A stretch of DNA of 62,781 nucleotides, counting the filler, from Pirum gemmata (taxonomy: Eukaryota): NCBI GenBank assembly GCA_002812295.1. It is 30 parts of 30 records of this genome, joined end to end, with 100 filler letters (N's around TTAATTAATTAA, not from the genome) between each part and the next. Parts side by side here need not be neighbours in the genome. Positions count along the whole stretch, not along the records: positions 12,271 to 14,226 come from PDIN01009738.1; positions 14,327 to 16,278 come from PDIN01009739.1; positions 16,379 to 18,145 come from PDIN01009740.1; positions 18,246 to 20,217 come from PDIN01009741.1; positions 20,318 to 22,289 come from PDIN01009742.1; positions 22,390 to 25,099 come from PDIN01009743.1; 24 more parts are not named here. One strand, 5' to 3'. The translations under genes and the position numbers were made by a program. The notes beneath the pieces are model-generated. The model ran no database searches and was not told the origin of the DNA. It worked only from the letters and a program-made list of their open reading frames with translations. The first letter of the stretch is position 1. The number at the start of each line of letters is the position of its first letter. Positions 12,395 to 23,800 of this stretch are shown here, piece after piece.

Positions 12395-14041
12395 ATGACC
12401 AACGAAGAATTTAAAGAGATGGATTCAACGCTTCTGTCCACTAGCATTATTATTTTATTCGGTGTTTTAATTCTTTTGATGCAAGGTGGGTTTTTATTTT
12501 TAGAAATCGGTTTAGTTAGAAGTAAAAATGCCACCAGTATACTTTTAAAAAACCTCATTGACACGTTTGCAACTACAATTGGGTTTTCCATGTTCGGTTA
12601 TGCTATAGTAACAGGAACTACAGGAAATCCATTTATTGCAATAAATACAAAAGAAATCTTTTTAAATTCACTTTCAGAGTATCAAACTTTTTTCATCAAC
12701 GTTGTTTTTGCTGCAACTAGTGCCACAATATTGTCTGGCTCCATTGCCGAGCGAGGTTCTTTATATTTTTACACAATAAGTTCAATCTTACTAACAATGA
12801 TCATTTATCCTGTTTGCGCTTATTGGGCTTGGAATCCGAAAGGATGGTTAGCAAAAGAAGGGTTTATTGATTTAGCTGGTTCAGGTATAGTCCATGGCGC
12901 AGGAGGCACAGCAGCTTTAGTTGGCTGTATATTTATGGGTCCAAGAATAGGACGATTTGAAGATACATCACAAGTAGACTCAGAAAGTCTGTTGAAAAGA
13001 GGAAAAAGTAATAGTATGCCTGGCCATTCTATCCCTCTGTTCATATTAGGTTCCTTTATTCTTTGGATAGGATTCTTCCCGTTTAACTTATCCAGTTTTC
13101 TGATTCATTCAGAATTAATCCAAAGTAATCAAAGTGTTACTTTGTTTGGCAAAACAGCTGTGAATATATTTTTTGCTAGTGTCTTCGGTGGTATGACAGT
13201 GTTTATTTTTGATATCTTGAAAAATAGAACGATTGTAGGTGTATCTGTAATTAGAATTTTCTGCGGAATTCTTACCGGTTCAGTTGCTAGTTGTGCTGGA
13301 TGTGCACACATTGAACCTTATGCAGCAGTTTTAACCGGTATACTTTCTGGTTTAATTTTTATCGCAATGGGATATTTGTTGATCTTTTTTCGTGTAGATG
13401 ATCCAGTTTCAGCCATTCCTGTACACCTTGGAGGAGGGATTGTTGGGGTATTAACAACTGGTTTATTTGCGAACGTTAATGAGCAAAAAGGTGCGTTCTA
13501 TGGTAATCCGAGATTGTTTGGTATTCAATTTGCAGGTTTAGTGTGCATAATAGTTTGGACCTGTTTATTTATGTGTCCAGTTGCGTTTGTAGCAAAGCAC
13601 TATGGATTTATTCGTGTCTCTGCAGCTGCTGAATCGAAAGGATTAGACCAACATTTAGAATGTGATCCTTGTTATCCTGAAACTTACGCACATGGTGATT
13701 ATATTAAGTTCAAAGCTTTTCTGGAAAATTCTGAATATATGGAAGGTTTTCGTTCTACGAAGGATAAATTTAATTCCGAGAATGGCAAGAGAGGTTTAAA
13801 TCGCGTTTATGCATCTGATAAAAACCGTTCGGCTACTGTTTTAGAAAAAACTATATCCTTAACTAATGCTTCGAGAGCAGGAAATTCTACCTTTACAGAT
13901 TGTCGCAGTGAAAAACAGCAGGTAAAGAAAAGTGAAGGTGTGAGCAATGTATTTCAATCCATAAAAATCGATAATGAAAGTAGTAATGTTATCAACGAAC
14001 AGAGTAATTGCAAATTTGGTGTTTATGACGGAAGTAATTAA
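12395..14041 (+). CDS. amt: Ammonium transporter (Amt/MEP/Rh family), intronless
   Basis: 548-aa ORF with MQGGFLFLEIGLVRSKNA, SGSIAER, D-L-AGSGIVHGAGG, VDDPVSAIPVHLGGG (both pore His) and ~11 hydrophobic helices. Confidence 0.96.
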   Translation: MTNEEFKEMDSTLLSTSIIILFGVLILLMQGGFLFLEIGLVRSKNATSILLKNLIDTFATTIGFSMFGYAIVTGTTGNPFIAINTKEIFLNSLSEYQTFFINVVFAATSATILSGSIAERGSLYFYTISSILLTMIIYPVCAYWAWNPKGWLAKEGFIDLAGSGIVHGAGGTAALVGCIFMGPRIGRFEDTSQVDSESLLKRGKSNSMPGHSIPLFILGSFILWIGFFPFNLSSFLIHSELIQSNQSVTLFGKTAVNIFFASVFGGMTVFIFDILKNRTIVGVSVIRIFCGILTGSVASCAGCAHIEPYAAVLTGILSGLIFIAMGYLLIFFRVDDPVSAIPVHLGGGIVGVLTTGLFANVNEQKGAFYGNPRLFGIQFAGLVCIIVWTCLFMCPVAFVAKHYGFIRVSAAAESKGLDQHLECDPCYPETYAHGDYIKFKAFLENSEYMEGFRSTKDKFNSENGKRGLNRVYASDKNRSATVLEKTISLTNASRAGNSTFTDCRSEKQQVKKSEGVSNVFQSIKIDNESSNVINEQSNCKFGVYDGSN

Positions 14042-14354
14042 TAAGTAATTAATATCACATTTATCAACAAACTTTTTTTTTTCAATAATGTAAGTTTTAA
14101 ACAGAAAACAAGAGTTATAACTCTTGATTGTAATTATTTTTTTCATTGATTTTGTATTCGTTATTAGTATTATTTTTACTTTCGTTATCATTTTGATGTC
14201 ACTATTATGCAAAAATAAATAAATAANNNNNNNNNNNNNNNNNNNNNNNNNNNNNNNNNNNNNNNNNNNNTTAATTAATTAANNNNNNNNNNNNNNNNNN
14301 NNNNNNNNNNNNNNNNNNNNNNNNNNATTAAAACTTACTGTTATTCTGACACAG

Positions 14355-14405
14355 GAAAGTAGTTGTTGTAGATTTGAATGATGATGAACCTTTACTTGGA
14401 CTGAG
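14355..14405 (+). CDS. Two-pore channel (TPC)-like gene, short N-terminal exon with DDEPLL dileucine motif
   Basis: AG acceptor 14353-54 and GTAATA donor 14406; KVVVVDLNDDEPLLGLR splices in frame to the exon at 15648. Confidence 0.6.
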
Positions 14406-14469
14406 GTAATACAAATATTCCATAAATCTGTATTGAATTTAAATCCTCACTATTGTATATACTTTTTTT

Positions 14470-15641
14470 TTAATCCTAACCTTAACGTTAACAGTTCCCT
14501 AACCCTAATCCTAACCCTTACCCTAACATTTCCCTAACCCTAACCCTAATCCTAACCCTAACAGTTCCCTGACCCTAACCCTAACAGTTCCCTAACCCTA
14601 ACCCTAATCCTATCGCTAACAATTCCCTAACCCTAGGAGATGCGGGAAAAACCATCAAATCGAGACAAGTTCGAAATTTTCGAAATTTTTCGATCTAATT
14701 TTAAGTAATGACTCACTTTTGAATTAATTAAAAAATTATTAAAAAATTATTAGAAATTTCATAGGAAGAATTGAAACTCGAGAAAAAAAAAAGAATAACA
14801 TTTCAAAATTGTCACTATTTAATAATTAAGTTCGAGCTTTTTGATTCGATTATGTTTTCCCGTATCTCCTTAACCCTAACACTAACACTAACACTAACAG
14901 TTCCCTAACCCTAATCCTAACCCTAACAATTCACCAATCGTAACCCTAACAGTTCCCTAATCCTAACCCTAACAGTTCCCTTAAAAGTTCCCTAACTCTA
15001 ACCCTAACCCTAACCCTAACCCTAACCCTAATCCTAACCCTAATCCTAGCCCTAACCCTTACCCTTACCCTAACCCTAACCTTATCCCTAACCCTAACCC
15101 TAAACCCTAAACCCTAAACCCTAACCCTAATCCTAACCCTTAACGCTAACCCCAAACCCCAAACCCTAAACCCTTAACCCTTACCCCTTACCCCTAAACC
15201 CTAAACCCTAAACCCTAAACCCTAAACCCTAAACCCTAAACCCTAAACCCTAAACCTTAACCCTAAACCCTAAACCTAAACCTGAATCCTAAACCCTAAA
15301 CCTAAACCTTCACCCTAAACTCTAACCCTTAACCCTTAACCCTTAACCCTTAACCCTTAACCCTTAACCCTAAAAACTCTTACCCTAGCCCTAACTCTTA
15401 CCCTAACCCTAAACCCTAAACCCTAAACCCTAAACCCTAAACCTAAGCCCTAAACCTAAGCCCTAAACCCTAACCCTAAATATTAAACCCTAAACCATAA
15501 ACATAACCATAACCATAACCATAACCATAACCATAACCATAACCATAACCATAACCATAACCATAACCATAATCATAACCATGAACATAAACATAACCAT
15601 AACCATAAACATAACCATAACCATAACCATAACCATAACCC
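14470..15641 (+). repeat. Intronic array of telomere-like variants TAACCC, TAAACCC, TTAACCC, TAACCA
   Basis: Blocks of variant 6-7-mers fill the intron 14406-15647. Confidence 0.9.
14635..14870. mobile_element. MITE family F inserted in an intronic TAACCC array; inverted copy at ~35884-36243
   Basis: TIRs AGGAGATGCGGGAAAA / TTTTCCCGTATCTCCT. Confidence 0.8.
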
Positions 15642-15647
15642 CAACAG

Positions 15648-16070
15648 ACAAACTCCAAAAGATGAAAAACGCAGAGAAAAAGAAGAATTAGCTCTATTAC
15701 GAGCAAGTGTACTAATCCAAGATGCCCAACTGGAAATGAGTAACCGGCACAAAATGGATCGTGATAGCTTAATATTGCGAAAACGTTATCTAAGTTTTTA
15801 CTCAATGGTTTTCACTCGTATTATTTATGCGTGTCATTTAATTCTGACTATTTTTGAAGTACCAGCTGTTTACCCTCTGCCATTTTGGGTTGTTGTAGGA
15901 TTGGAATGTTTTTTTTTATCCGTTTATTATATTGAAATTGGTGTTCGTCTTCGTACTAATACTAGTAATACAATCCCTCATTTAGTTAGACATCATAAAT
16001 GGCTGATTGCATTAATGTTGGTAGTGTTATTAAATACTGTGGATATGATAACGTTTATTTCGTATTATTG
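15648..16070 (+). CDS. Two-pore channel (TPC)-like exon, N-terminus to about S3
   Basis: CAG acceptor and GTATTA donor; ...LALLRASVLIQDAQLEMSNRH...HLILTIFEVPAVYPLPFWVVVGLECFFL...LNTVD resembles the TPC N-terminal helix, S1 FE-P-AV motif and S2 Glu. Confidence 0.75.
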
Positions 16071-16379
16071 GTATTAACTCTTTAACTTTTAACCTTAACC
16101 TTAACCTTAACCTTAACCTTAATCTTAACCTTAACCTTAATCTTAATATTAATCTTAAATCTTAAATCTTAAACCTTAAACCTTAAACCTTAAACCTTAA
16201 ACCTTAAACCTTAAACCTTAAACCTTAAACCTTAAACCTTAAACTTAAAAGTGAAACCTTAAAAACCTTAAAAACCTTNNNNNNNNNNNNNNNNNNNNNN
16301 NNNNNNNNNNNNNNNNNNNNNNTTAATTAATTAANNNNNNNNNNNNNNNNNNNNNNNNNNNNNNNNNNNNNNNNNNNNT

Positions 16380-16670
16380 CATGTAGAAACTTTACAACCT
16401 CGAGGTGACCATTATCAGCTGCTCGATTCATAGCGTATGTTGTACAACCCTCGTTTCTATACTTTACAACCTCGAGGTGACCATTATCAGCTGCTGGATT
16501 CATAGCGTATGTTGTACAACCCTCGTTTCTATTATCATTTAGAAACTTTACAACCTCGAGGTGACCATTATCAGCTGCTCGATTCATAGCATCTTCATTA
16601 CAACCCTCTTTTCTATATTTATGTATTATTATAATTAATAGAAACTTTATTATTTCCAAATGACATTGTT
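16380..16670 (-). pseudogene. Short-unit (23 aa) ankyrin-repeat protein fragment
   Basis: Three near-identical EGCTTYAMNRAADNGHLEVVKFL units; one unit is deleted internally, another has an AT insertion; stops upstream. Confidence 0.75.
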
Positions 16671-17554
16671 ATTATATAAAAACCTAGAATAATATAAATA
16701 TTCCCATAGACCTAACATTATTTGAATTATGGAAGAGACAAGCTATACTTTATGTCAATCTAATTATAAAAAGGAATAACAAATTCTTTTGTTTTAGTTA
16801 TAGTGCTTTTCAGTTGTTTTGTCATTACAAAATATACAATAAATAGTACCAAATTAATACAATATAAATCCATTTAATTCAATTTGGTATATTTTATTAT
16901 CTATATATTGATTTAAAAATATCAATTTAAAGATTATAACCATCCAAATAAATATTCANNNNNNNNNNNNNNNNNNNNNNNNNNNNNNNNNNNNNNNNNN
17001 NNNNNNNNNNNNNNNNNNNNNNNNNNNNNNNNNNNNNNNNNNNNNNNNNNNNNNNNNNNNNNNNNNNNNNNNNNNNNNNNNNNNNNNNTAGTAGGGGTGA
17101 GATATCTACTGGAACTTTTTTCGAACAGATGCTTATCGAGCCAACCTTAGTTCCGTTTTCTTTACTAATAATAGCAGTTAAATAGCTTAAAATAATAAAT
17201 ATAATTATAGTAAATACCAATTAAAGTAATAATTTTAACATTAATAGTAATAAAACCATAAAATCGGAAAAGTTCCGGCAGCTGTTCGGTAATAATAAAA
17301 TTACGTCATCTCACCCCTACTAAATTAAGCCTATATAGTAATAATTATTTTACTTTTCAGGTCCAGCACCGGAGCTGAGCACCGGAGAGTTTCAGCACTC
17401 GCACTGTGCTTACCCAAATAAACACTTCTCCGATGTTAAAAAAGTCAAAAATTATAGATATAATTTTGGTTCCGAATAACAAATGGGTACCAATTGACAT
17501 ATGCTACCTATTTGTTATTCGGAGGCAAAATTATATCCATAATTTGACTAAAAG

Positions 17555-17710
<156 letters not shown>

Positions 17711-19959
17711 ACTAAACTGTCTACTACTACTACTATCAATAGTCTATTCTTTTGAAAATGCCAAGGATTGTAGTCGTTTTTAGGTTGCTTGCAGCGTACT
17801 ATAAAAGTCTACTTAATAATAAGCGTTAATAATAATTATTTTTAAAAGTAATATTATTATAATTTATATTTTTATAACCCTCCAAATAAATATTCAGAGT
17901 GAAAAAATAAATGAAAAGCACGATTTATATTATACTATTATTTACATCGATATTTATTTATGTAGCGTACTGAGCGGGCAGCAGCACGTGTCGCGTGCGT
18001 TTTTTATAAAAGCATTATGTAAGTATTATGTATGTCATGGACCTTATTTTCTCACTCGGAATATTTATTTGGAGGGTTATAATTTTTAAATTGACATTTT
18101 TAAATCAATAAATAGATAATAAAATATACCTAATTAAATTAAATTNNNNNNNNNNNNNNNNNNNNNNNNNNNNNNNNNNNNNNNNNNNNTTAATTAATTA
18201 ANNNNNNNNNNNNNNNNNNNNNNNNNNNNNNNNNNNNNNNNNNNNAGCTTGTTTACAAACCAATGTAATAGCAATTTTGCCTTCCCCTATCAAAAGTGGA
18301 TCAAATGCAAGGTTTCAACTTTGTCAAAGGAAACTCCAGTTTGCTATTTTACTTGTTCTTTTGTTTCTTTTTTTCGAGTATCAATCCAGAGGTATCTCTG
18401 AATAGTCTATGAATCTGGAATATATAAAAAAAAATCAATAATTTATAAATGCCTTTTTTCGCAATAATTGCTCAAAACTTTCTCAATTATTTTACAGCGA
18501 AAATTTCCTCTAGTGCCCTGAACTATATTACCAATGTTTTTTGGAACCCCCATCATGACCCCCCTTATCCTACCTACCCTTCGGAAGACTGAAAAAAATA
18601 AAGAGTCTCAAATAATTTCTACCACCTTTACCTATTGAAAACGGTCAAAAAAAAACAACAAAAGTGGCGTAGTCCAAGCCACTTTGGTCCCACTTCTTTT
18701 TTTTTCTTTTTTTCTAACAACATACAAAAATGGACAGAAAATAGATGAAAAAGAGTTGAAAAAGGCATACAAAAGTACTATAAAATTTATGTCAAGGGCA
18801 AAGTAGGTAGTTTTTAAAAAGTCAAAATTGGTAGGATATAAAAAGTGTCACTTTTTAGTATACTATTTTGTGTCAACTTTTTACTATTACAATTAGTGGT
18901 TATACACAATTTGGTAGCTTTTACTAACGCTACTACAACTCAAAAAACCACTATAGGAGAACCAGAGTGTATTATAGTTTCGTATAAGCTTGTACCAAAA
19001 ACACCTTACTTCGTCCTGATTTTCTTGGCTTGGTTAGAATCGGCCGAAATAACCATTATCGAACATATTTGTCTACTAGACTACAGTTTGAAAAATAATA
19101 AAAATACATTTTTGATTGACTGTTAATTTTTAGTGTTTTGTGCTCGATTTGGCTATTTTTTACGTATAAAAACGTATAAACGTTATTATTAGTCAAAAAT
19201 CATATTATAAACAACCTTAAATAAGAACAGTAATGAATTTGTCATGATGTTTTCAGTCAGTCCAAAATTTTGAAATTTTAAATTTGGACCACTAGTTGCA
19301 GAGTTATATAAGTCTTAAAAACTGATAAAAAAAACTGAATAATAATAATAATAAAATTCATAATTAAAATTCAAAAAATTGTGGTAGTCTGTAGCAGGCC
19401 CACTTTACTTGTTTTCTTATGGAACGTCAGCTAGATTCGACCATTTTCAAAAATGCAAAAAATCACGAAAAAACCAAAAAAAACCAGACCCACTTGTTCA
19501 TATAAATTTTGTCGGGCCTAGGCTATTTTTTGGTCATTTTGGTATTTTTTGTCACCTAGTCCAATATATTATTTTTTATTTGAATAATCGCGAAATCACA
19601 CGAAGCTCGTTGTGAAACCAGTACAACGTTTATTATTTGGATAATCACGAAACCACATGGAGCTCTTTGTGAAACCAGTACACACAAAGTCAGCAAGCAC
19701 AAGTACGAAGAGAAGGGCAGATAACAGGTTTACCACGAGACGAAGACGGACCAATGGAAGAGAGCGATGATAATCAAGCAACAGGAACACAGGATGAAAC
19801 CACTATGAAATCATGGGTATCAAAACGGAAAAGCAGGAAACCATTAACATACAACGAAAAATCAAAATAGTTTAGAACTGTAAAGCCAGATATTACATCA
19901 ACAACTGTACGACAAGAGGGCACACTAAATTATACATATAATGAAACAAAAGAACTACC

Positions 19960-20217
19960 AGATTATGAACAATATAAAGAATCGCATACAGAATAATTAA
20001 CATCAATATTTGAACATGGAGGATTACAAATTCTACCAGTGGAAGAAGTGGAGAAAGGAGAAACAATACTGACTTCAACATGAGTTAATAGAAGGAAACA
20101 TGATGGAAGATACAAAAGCAGACTCAATGCTAGAGGATATATGCAAACAAAAGACTATATCAACACATGCTCACCGACATTAGAGAAAAGCTGGACTAAA
20201 ATAATTATCACAATAGC
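19960..20217 (+). mobile_element. Ty1/copia LTR retrotransposon reverse transcriptase N-terminal relic
   Basis: ...TILTST*VNRRKHDGRYKSRLNARGYMQTKDYINTCSPT matches the copia W..K.DG.YKARLVARG..Q...SP motif; in-frame stops. Confidence 0.85.
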
Positions 20218-22389
20218 NNNNNNNNNNNNNNNNNNNNNNNNNNNNNNNNNNNNNNNNNNNNTTAATTAATTAANNNNNNNNNNNNNNNNNNNNNNNNNNN
20301 NNNNNNNNNNNNNNNNNTAGCTTTTAAAAATAATTTGGCGTTACCATTAAAGGTTTTTAGAAAAGAAGTCTAAAAAAAAAAAAAGAATTCTACAGTTTTA
20401 TCCGGGGTTGGCTGTTAAAAAAAAAAAAAAAAAAAAAAAAGGTCTTGTTTTCCTTATACGTAAAAAGGAGGAGCAGTAGGAGTTATAATATTCGTAGTTT
20501 GCTGATTTGTTTCATAATACTTTGGTGGTATAAGTTAGTAATTTGATTGTTGTTTTTCTACGATAGTTAGCTATTAGATTGCCGATATCTTGTTTTTCAA
20601 TAGTGTTGTCCAGTTCAAAACCCGAAATAAACACCAATTATTGTTATGGTTAAACTGTCAGACATGTTTTAATTAATTTGGTATTTTATATTTAATGTTG
20701 TATTTTATGAACAAGTTCAATTATACACTTTTAAAACAGTACCAAATTAAAGATTGAGAGGACAAAAGTAATGAAATAGAGATGGTTAAAAGGGGGTACA
20801 CCGGTAGATTTTAAACTACCGGTAGGGTCTATCGTCCAGCTACTAGCTAGGCTTAGTTGAACTATAGAACTACAGTTGGTTAGTAATGATATTATATTAT
20901 AAGATTGAGATGATATAATATGATTATTAATTAACATAGTTGTGTTTTTTTGATTTTTTTTCATAATATTTTGGTATAAGTAAATGATTTGATTGTCGTT
21001 TGTCTTGTTGTAATTTTCATAGAAATATCATAAAATATAGTCTATAATTAACATGCGTGTTGTTCTTTTAGTGTAGCAGTGGTTTTTTACTTTTGTTCCT
21101 AATATATTATAGTCTAGTAGTTGTCTAGTGCTATTATAGCGTTGTGGTCTTTGGCATGATTGTTGTTGTAGTTGTCGTCTACATTGGAATTTATATTAAA
21201 TTTTAGTTAGTATCGATATCTTTTTGAACTTCTTTTTGATATCGCATCGTGCTTTTCAGTTGTTTTGTCATCATAAAATATACAATAAAGAGTACCAAAT
21301 TAATATAATATAAATCCATTTAATTTAATTTGACAGCTTAAATATTATAACCAACCAAATAAATATTCGGGGTGACAAAATAAATGAAACGCACAATACA
21401 TCATAATTATTATTTTTTACTTAATAAAAGAAGTCACACCTTTTTGTCTCACCTATATTGTTATATATGTTTGAAATTTTAAAACCTATTAAAAATATTA
21501 TTGCATTACTTTGTTCGAAAATGGACAGGAAAGAGGTAGAGAAGGTTGCTAGGAGAAGGTTGGTCCTCAATCTGGTTCATTCTATACTCGCGCTGTGATT
21601 CGCAATCGCATGATCATATTGGCCTTCCATTGGTTATTATTATTAGGTATTGGGACAGCGGTTTGAGGTCAGGAGTGGATAAGCTAATGGCTGCAGAGGA
21701 TTTACTTTAGATGTTGTAGTCTAAAATTTTGGAGTGATTTTGGAAATTTGGAGCCCTCACCGTGTAGACAAAAAAAAATGAACAATATAATCCATCCGTT
21801 TTTATTTTTTCTATCATAGTCTCTATATTTAAAAAAAAAAAAATATATATATTATAATATTATCATACTATAGCTATAATTTTTAAAAGCTATTATCATA
21901 TCACACACCAGTGAGTACGGGTGATACAAATTCTGAAGAAGTTCAAAAATAGAAAATTCAAATATGGAAATAATACAAAAATCAAAGTGTTCACATCAGT
22001 TTCAAATATGGAAATAATACAAAATAGTACAAAAATGCACTTTTTTTTGATCGACACCTAGCAAATCAATTAGAGATGCGGGCCTGCGGCTAGCTACTAG
22101 AGAGCTGCAGTAGAAGCTGTAGTGCTAAAAATTTTATCTAGTAAAAATTATATTAACCACCAGCAAGATTTTTTTTTTATAGCGCTTTTCATTTATTTTG
22201 TCACTCTGAATATTTATTTGGTTTGTTATAATTTTTTAATTGACATTGTTAAATGAATAAATTGATAATAAAATATACCAAATTAAATGNNNNNNNNNNN
22301 NNNNNNNNNNNNNNNNNNNNNNNNNNNNNNNNNTTAATTAATTAANNNNNNNNNNNNNNNNNNNNNNNNNNNNNNNNNNNNNNNNNNNN

Positions 22390-22420
<31 letters not shown>

Positions 22421-22467
22421 ATTGTAGTAATAGTGGCAGTGTAGCAGTGTGGTAGTGTGGTAGTGTG

Positions 22468-22509
<42 letters not shown>

Positions 22510-23179
22510 ATAGTAGTGGTAATAGTAGTGGTATTGGTAGAGTGGTAATGATATTGGTAGAGTGGTAGAGTGGTAGAATGGTAATAGCAGTGGTAGTGGT
22601 AGTGGTAGTGGTAGTGGTAGCGGTAGTGGTAGTGGTAGTGGTAGCGGTAGTGGTAGAGTGGTAGAGTGGTAGTGGTAGTGGTAGTGGTAGCGGTAGTGGT
22701 AGAGTGGTAGAGTGGTAGTGGTAGTGGTAGAATTAGTGTTTTTTGTAATGGTAATGGTAGTAGTAATGTTAATCGTAGTAGTTGTAACAAAATAACAAAA
22801 TAAAAAAATAACAAAATAACAAAATAACAAAATAACAAAATAACAAAATAACAAAATAAAAAAAAATAACAAAAAATAACAAAAAATAACAAAAAATAAC
22901 AAAAAAAACAAAATAATAAAGTAATAAAATAACAAAATAACAAAATAACAAAACTTTAACTATAGGAACGCTTGCTTATCTTGATTTGGAAACTTGGGAG
23001 TCTACGTATGCTTATATATTATATACTATTTATTATTATTTTTTATTATTTATTATTTATTATTTATTATTTATTATTTATTATTTATTATTTATTATTT
23101 NGATTTACTTTATGTATTATAATTAATGAATAACCTTATTATTATAATATATTATATTATTATAATTAATATAATATTA

Positions 23180-23383
23180 TATATATATGATGGTGATGTG
23201 GCTACTTGAAATTGGCAAGAATATATTTACAGAAACAAAGTCTTTGGATATAATTTACTTACTTGGATTATTATTGGTTCAAGTGCTTTATTAATATTAG
23301 TGATTATTGTGTTAATTACAAAATATTATGTTAAAAATCCTTATAAAAAAATATTGAAGAAAAAAGAAGATAAAATATTTTAA
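23180..23383 (+). pseudogene. Decayed intronless ORF 3' end with C-terminal TM helix and basic tail
   Basis: YIYDGDVAT*NWQEYIYRNKVFGYNLLTWIIIGSSALLILVIIVLITKYYVKNPYKKILKKKEDKIF*. Confidence 0.4.
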
Positions 23384-23399
23384 AAGATTTATATACTAA

Positions 23400-23800
23400 T
23401 CTTTTAACGGATGAGTTGGCTTATTATAAGTTCAAAAAACAAGATTATATAAGGATAATGAAACAAGCTAAACGTTGAAATCTTTGATCAAGCAGAAAAC
23501 ATAATTATAACTGATGTTCTTTTAGGGATCTGGATCACTTATAAATACCATAGCAACAACGCTCATTAAATAAATATAGCTATAGGGTTCTTTTTTAATA
23601 CTATATAGGCGATTCCACAATTTTCAATTTCACAATAACTTTTATTAAACTTGTTATTTAAACTGGAGTAAACAGTTATTTTGGTACGATAGTTATCCTT
23701 CAGGTAATCATAGATTGCAAAAGTGAAAACAAAGGGTCCTGTACGGTGTACCAGTTTCTCCATATCTTTCGAAGTAACTTTTTGCAAACGACATCATCAG
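23400..23800 (-). pseudogene. Glycosyltransferase (GT32/Och1-Sur1-like) C-terminal fragment, decayed
   Basis: VHRTGPFVFTFAIYDYL resembles the TGP..FT.AI..YL motif of DXD sugar-binding GTs; frameshifts and stops follow. Confidence 0.45.

Noticed and set aside
12358..14212. Antisense or alternate-frame ORFs over amt (and over the PAP, epimerase and receptor genes)
   Set aside because: Shadow ORFs of real coding sequence
20078..20086. TGA read as Trp (in-frame TGA at Trp-like positions here and at 23207)
   Set aside because: Both lie in decayed sequence, and the intact epimerase uses TGA as its stop (36430-32); G-to-A decay explains them
22338..22951. Low-complexity ORFs here and at 1555, 15476, 17548, 26001, 33513-34051, 40516-40957, 47539, 49730, 55491
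   Set aside because: They are translations of microsatellites or telomere-like arrays, often running through Ns
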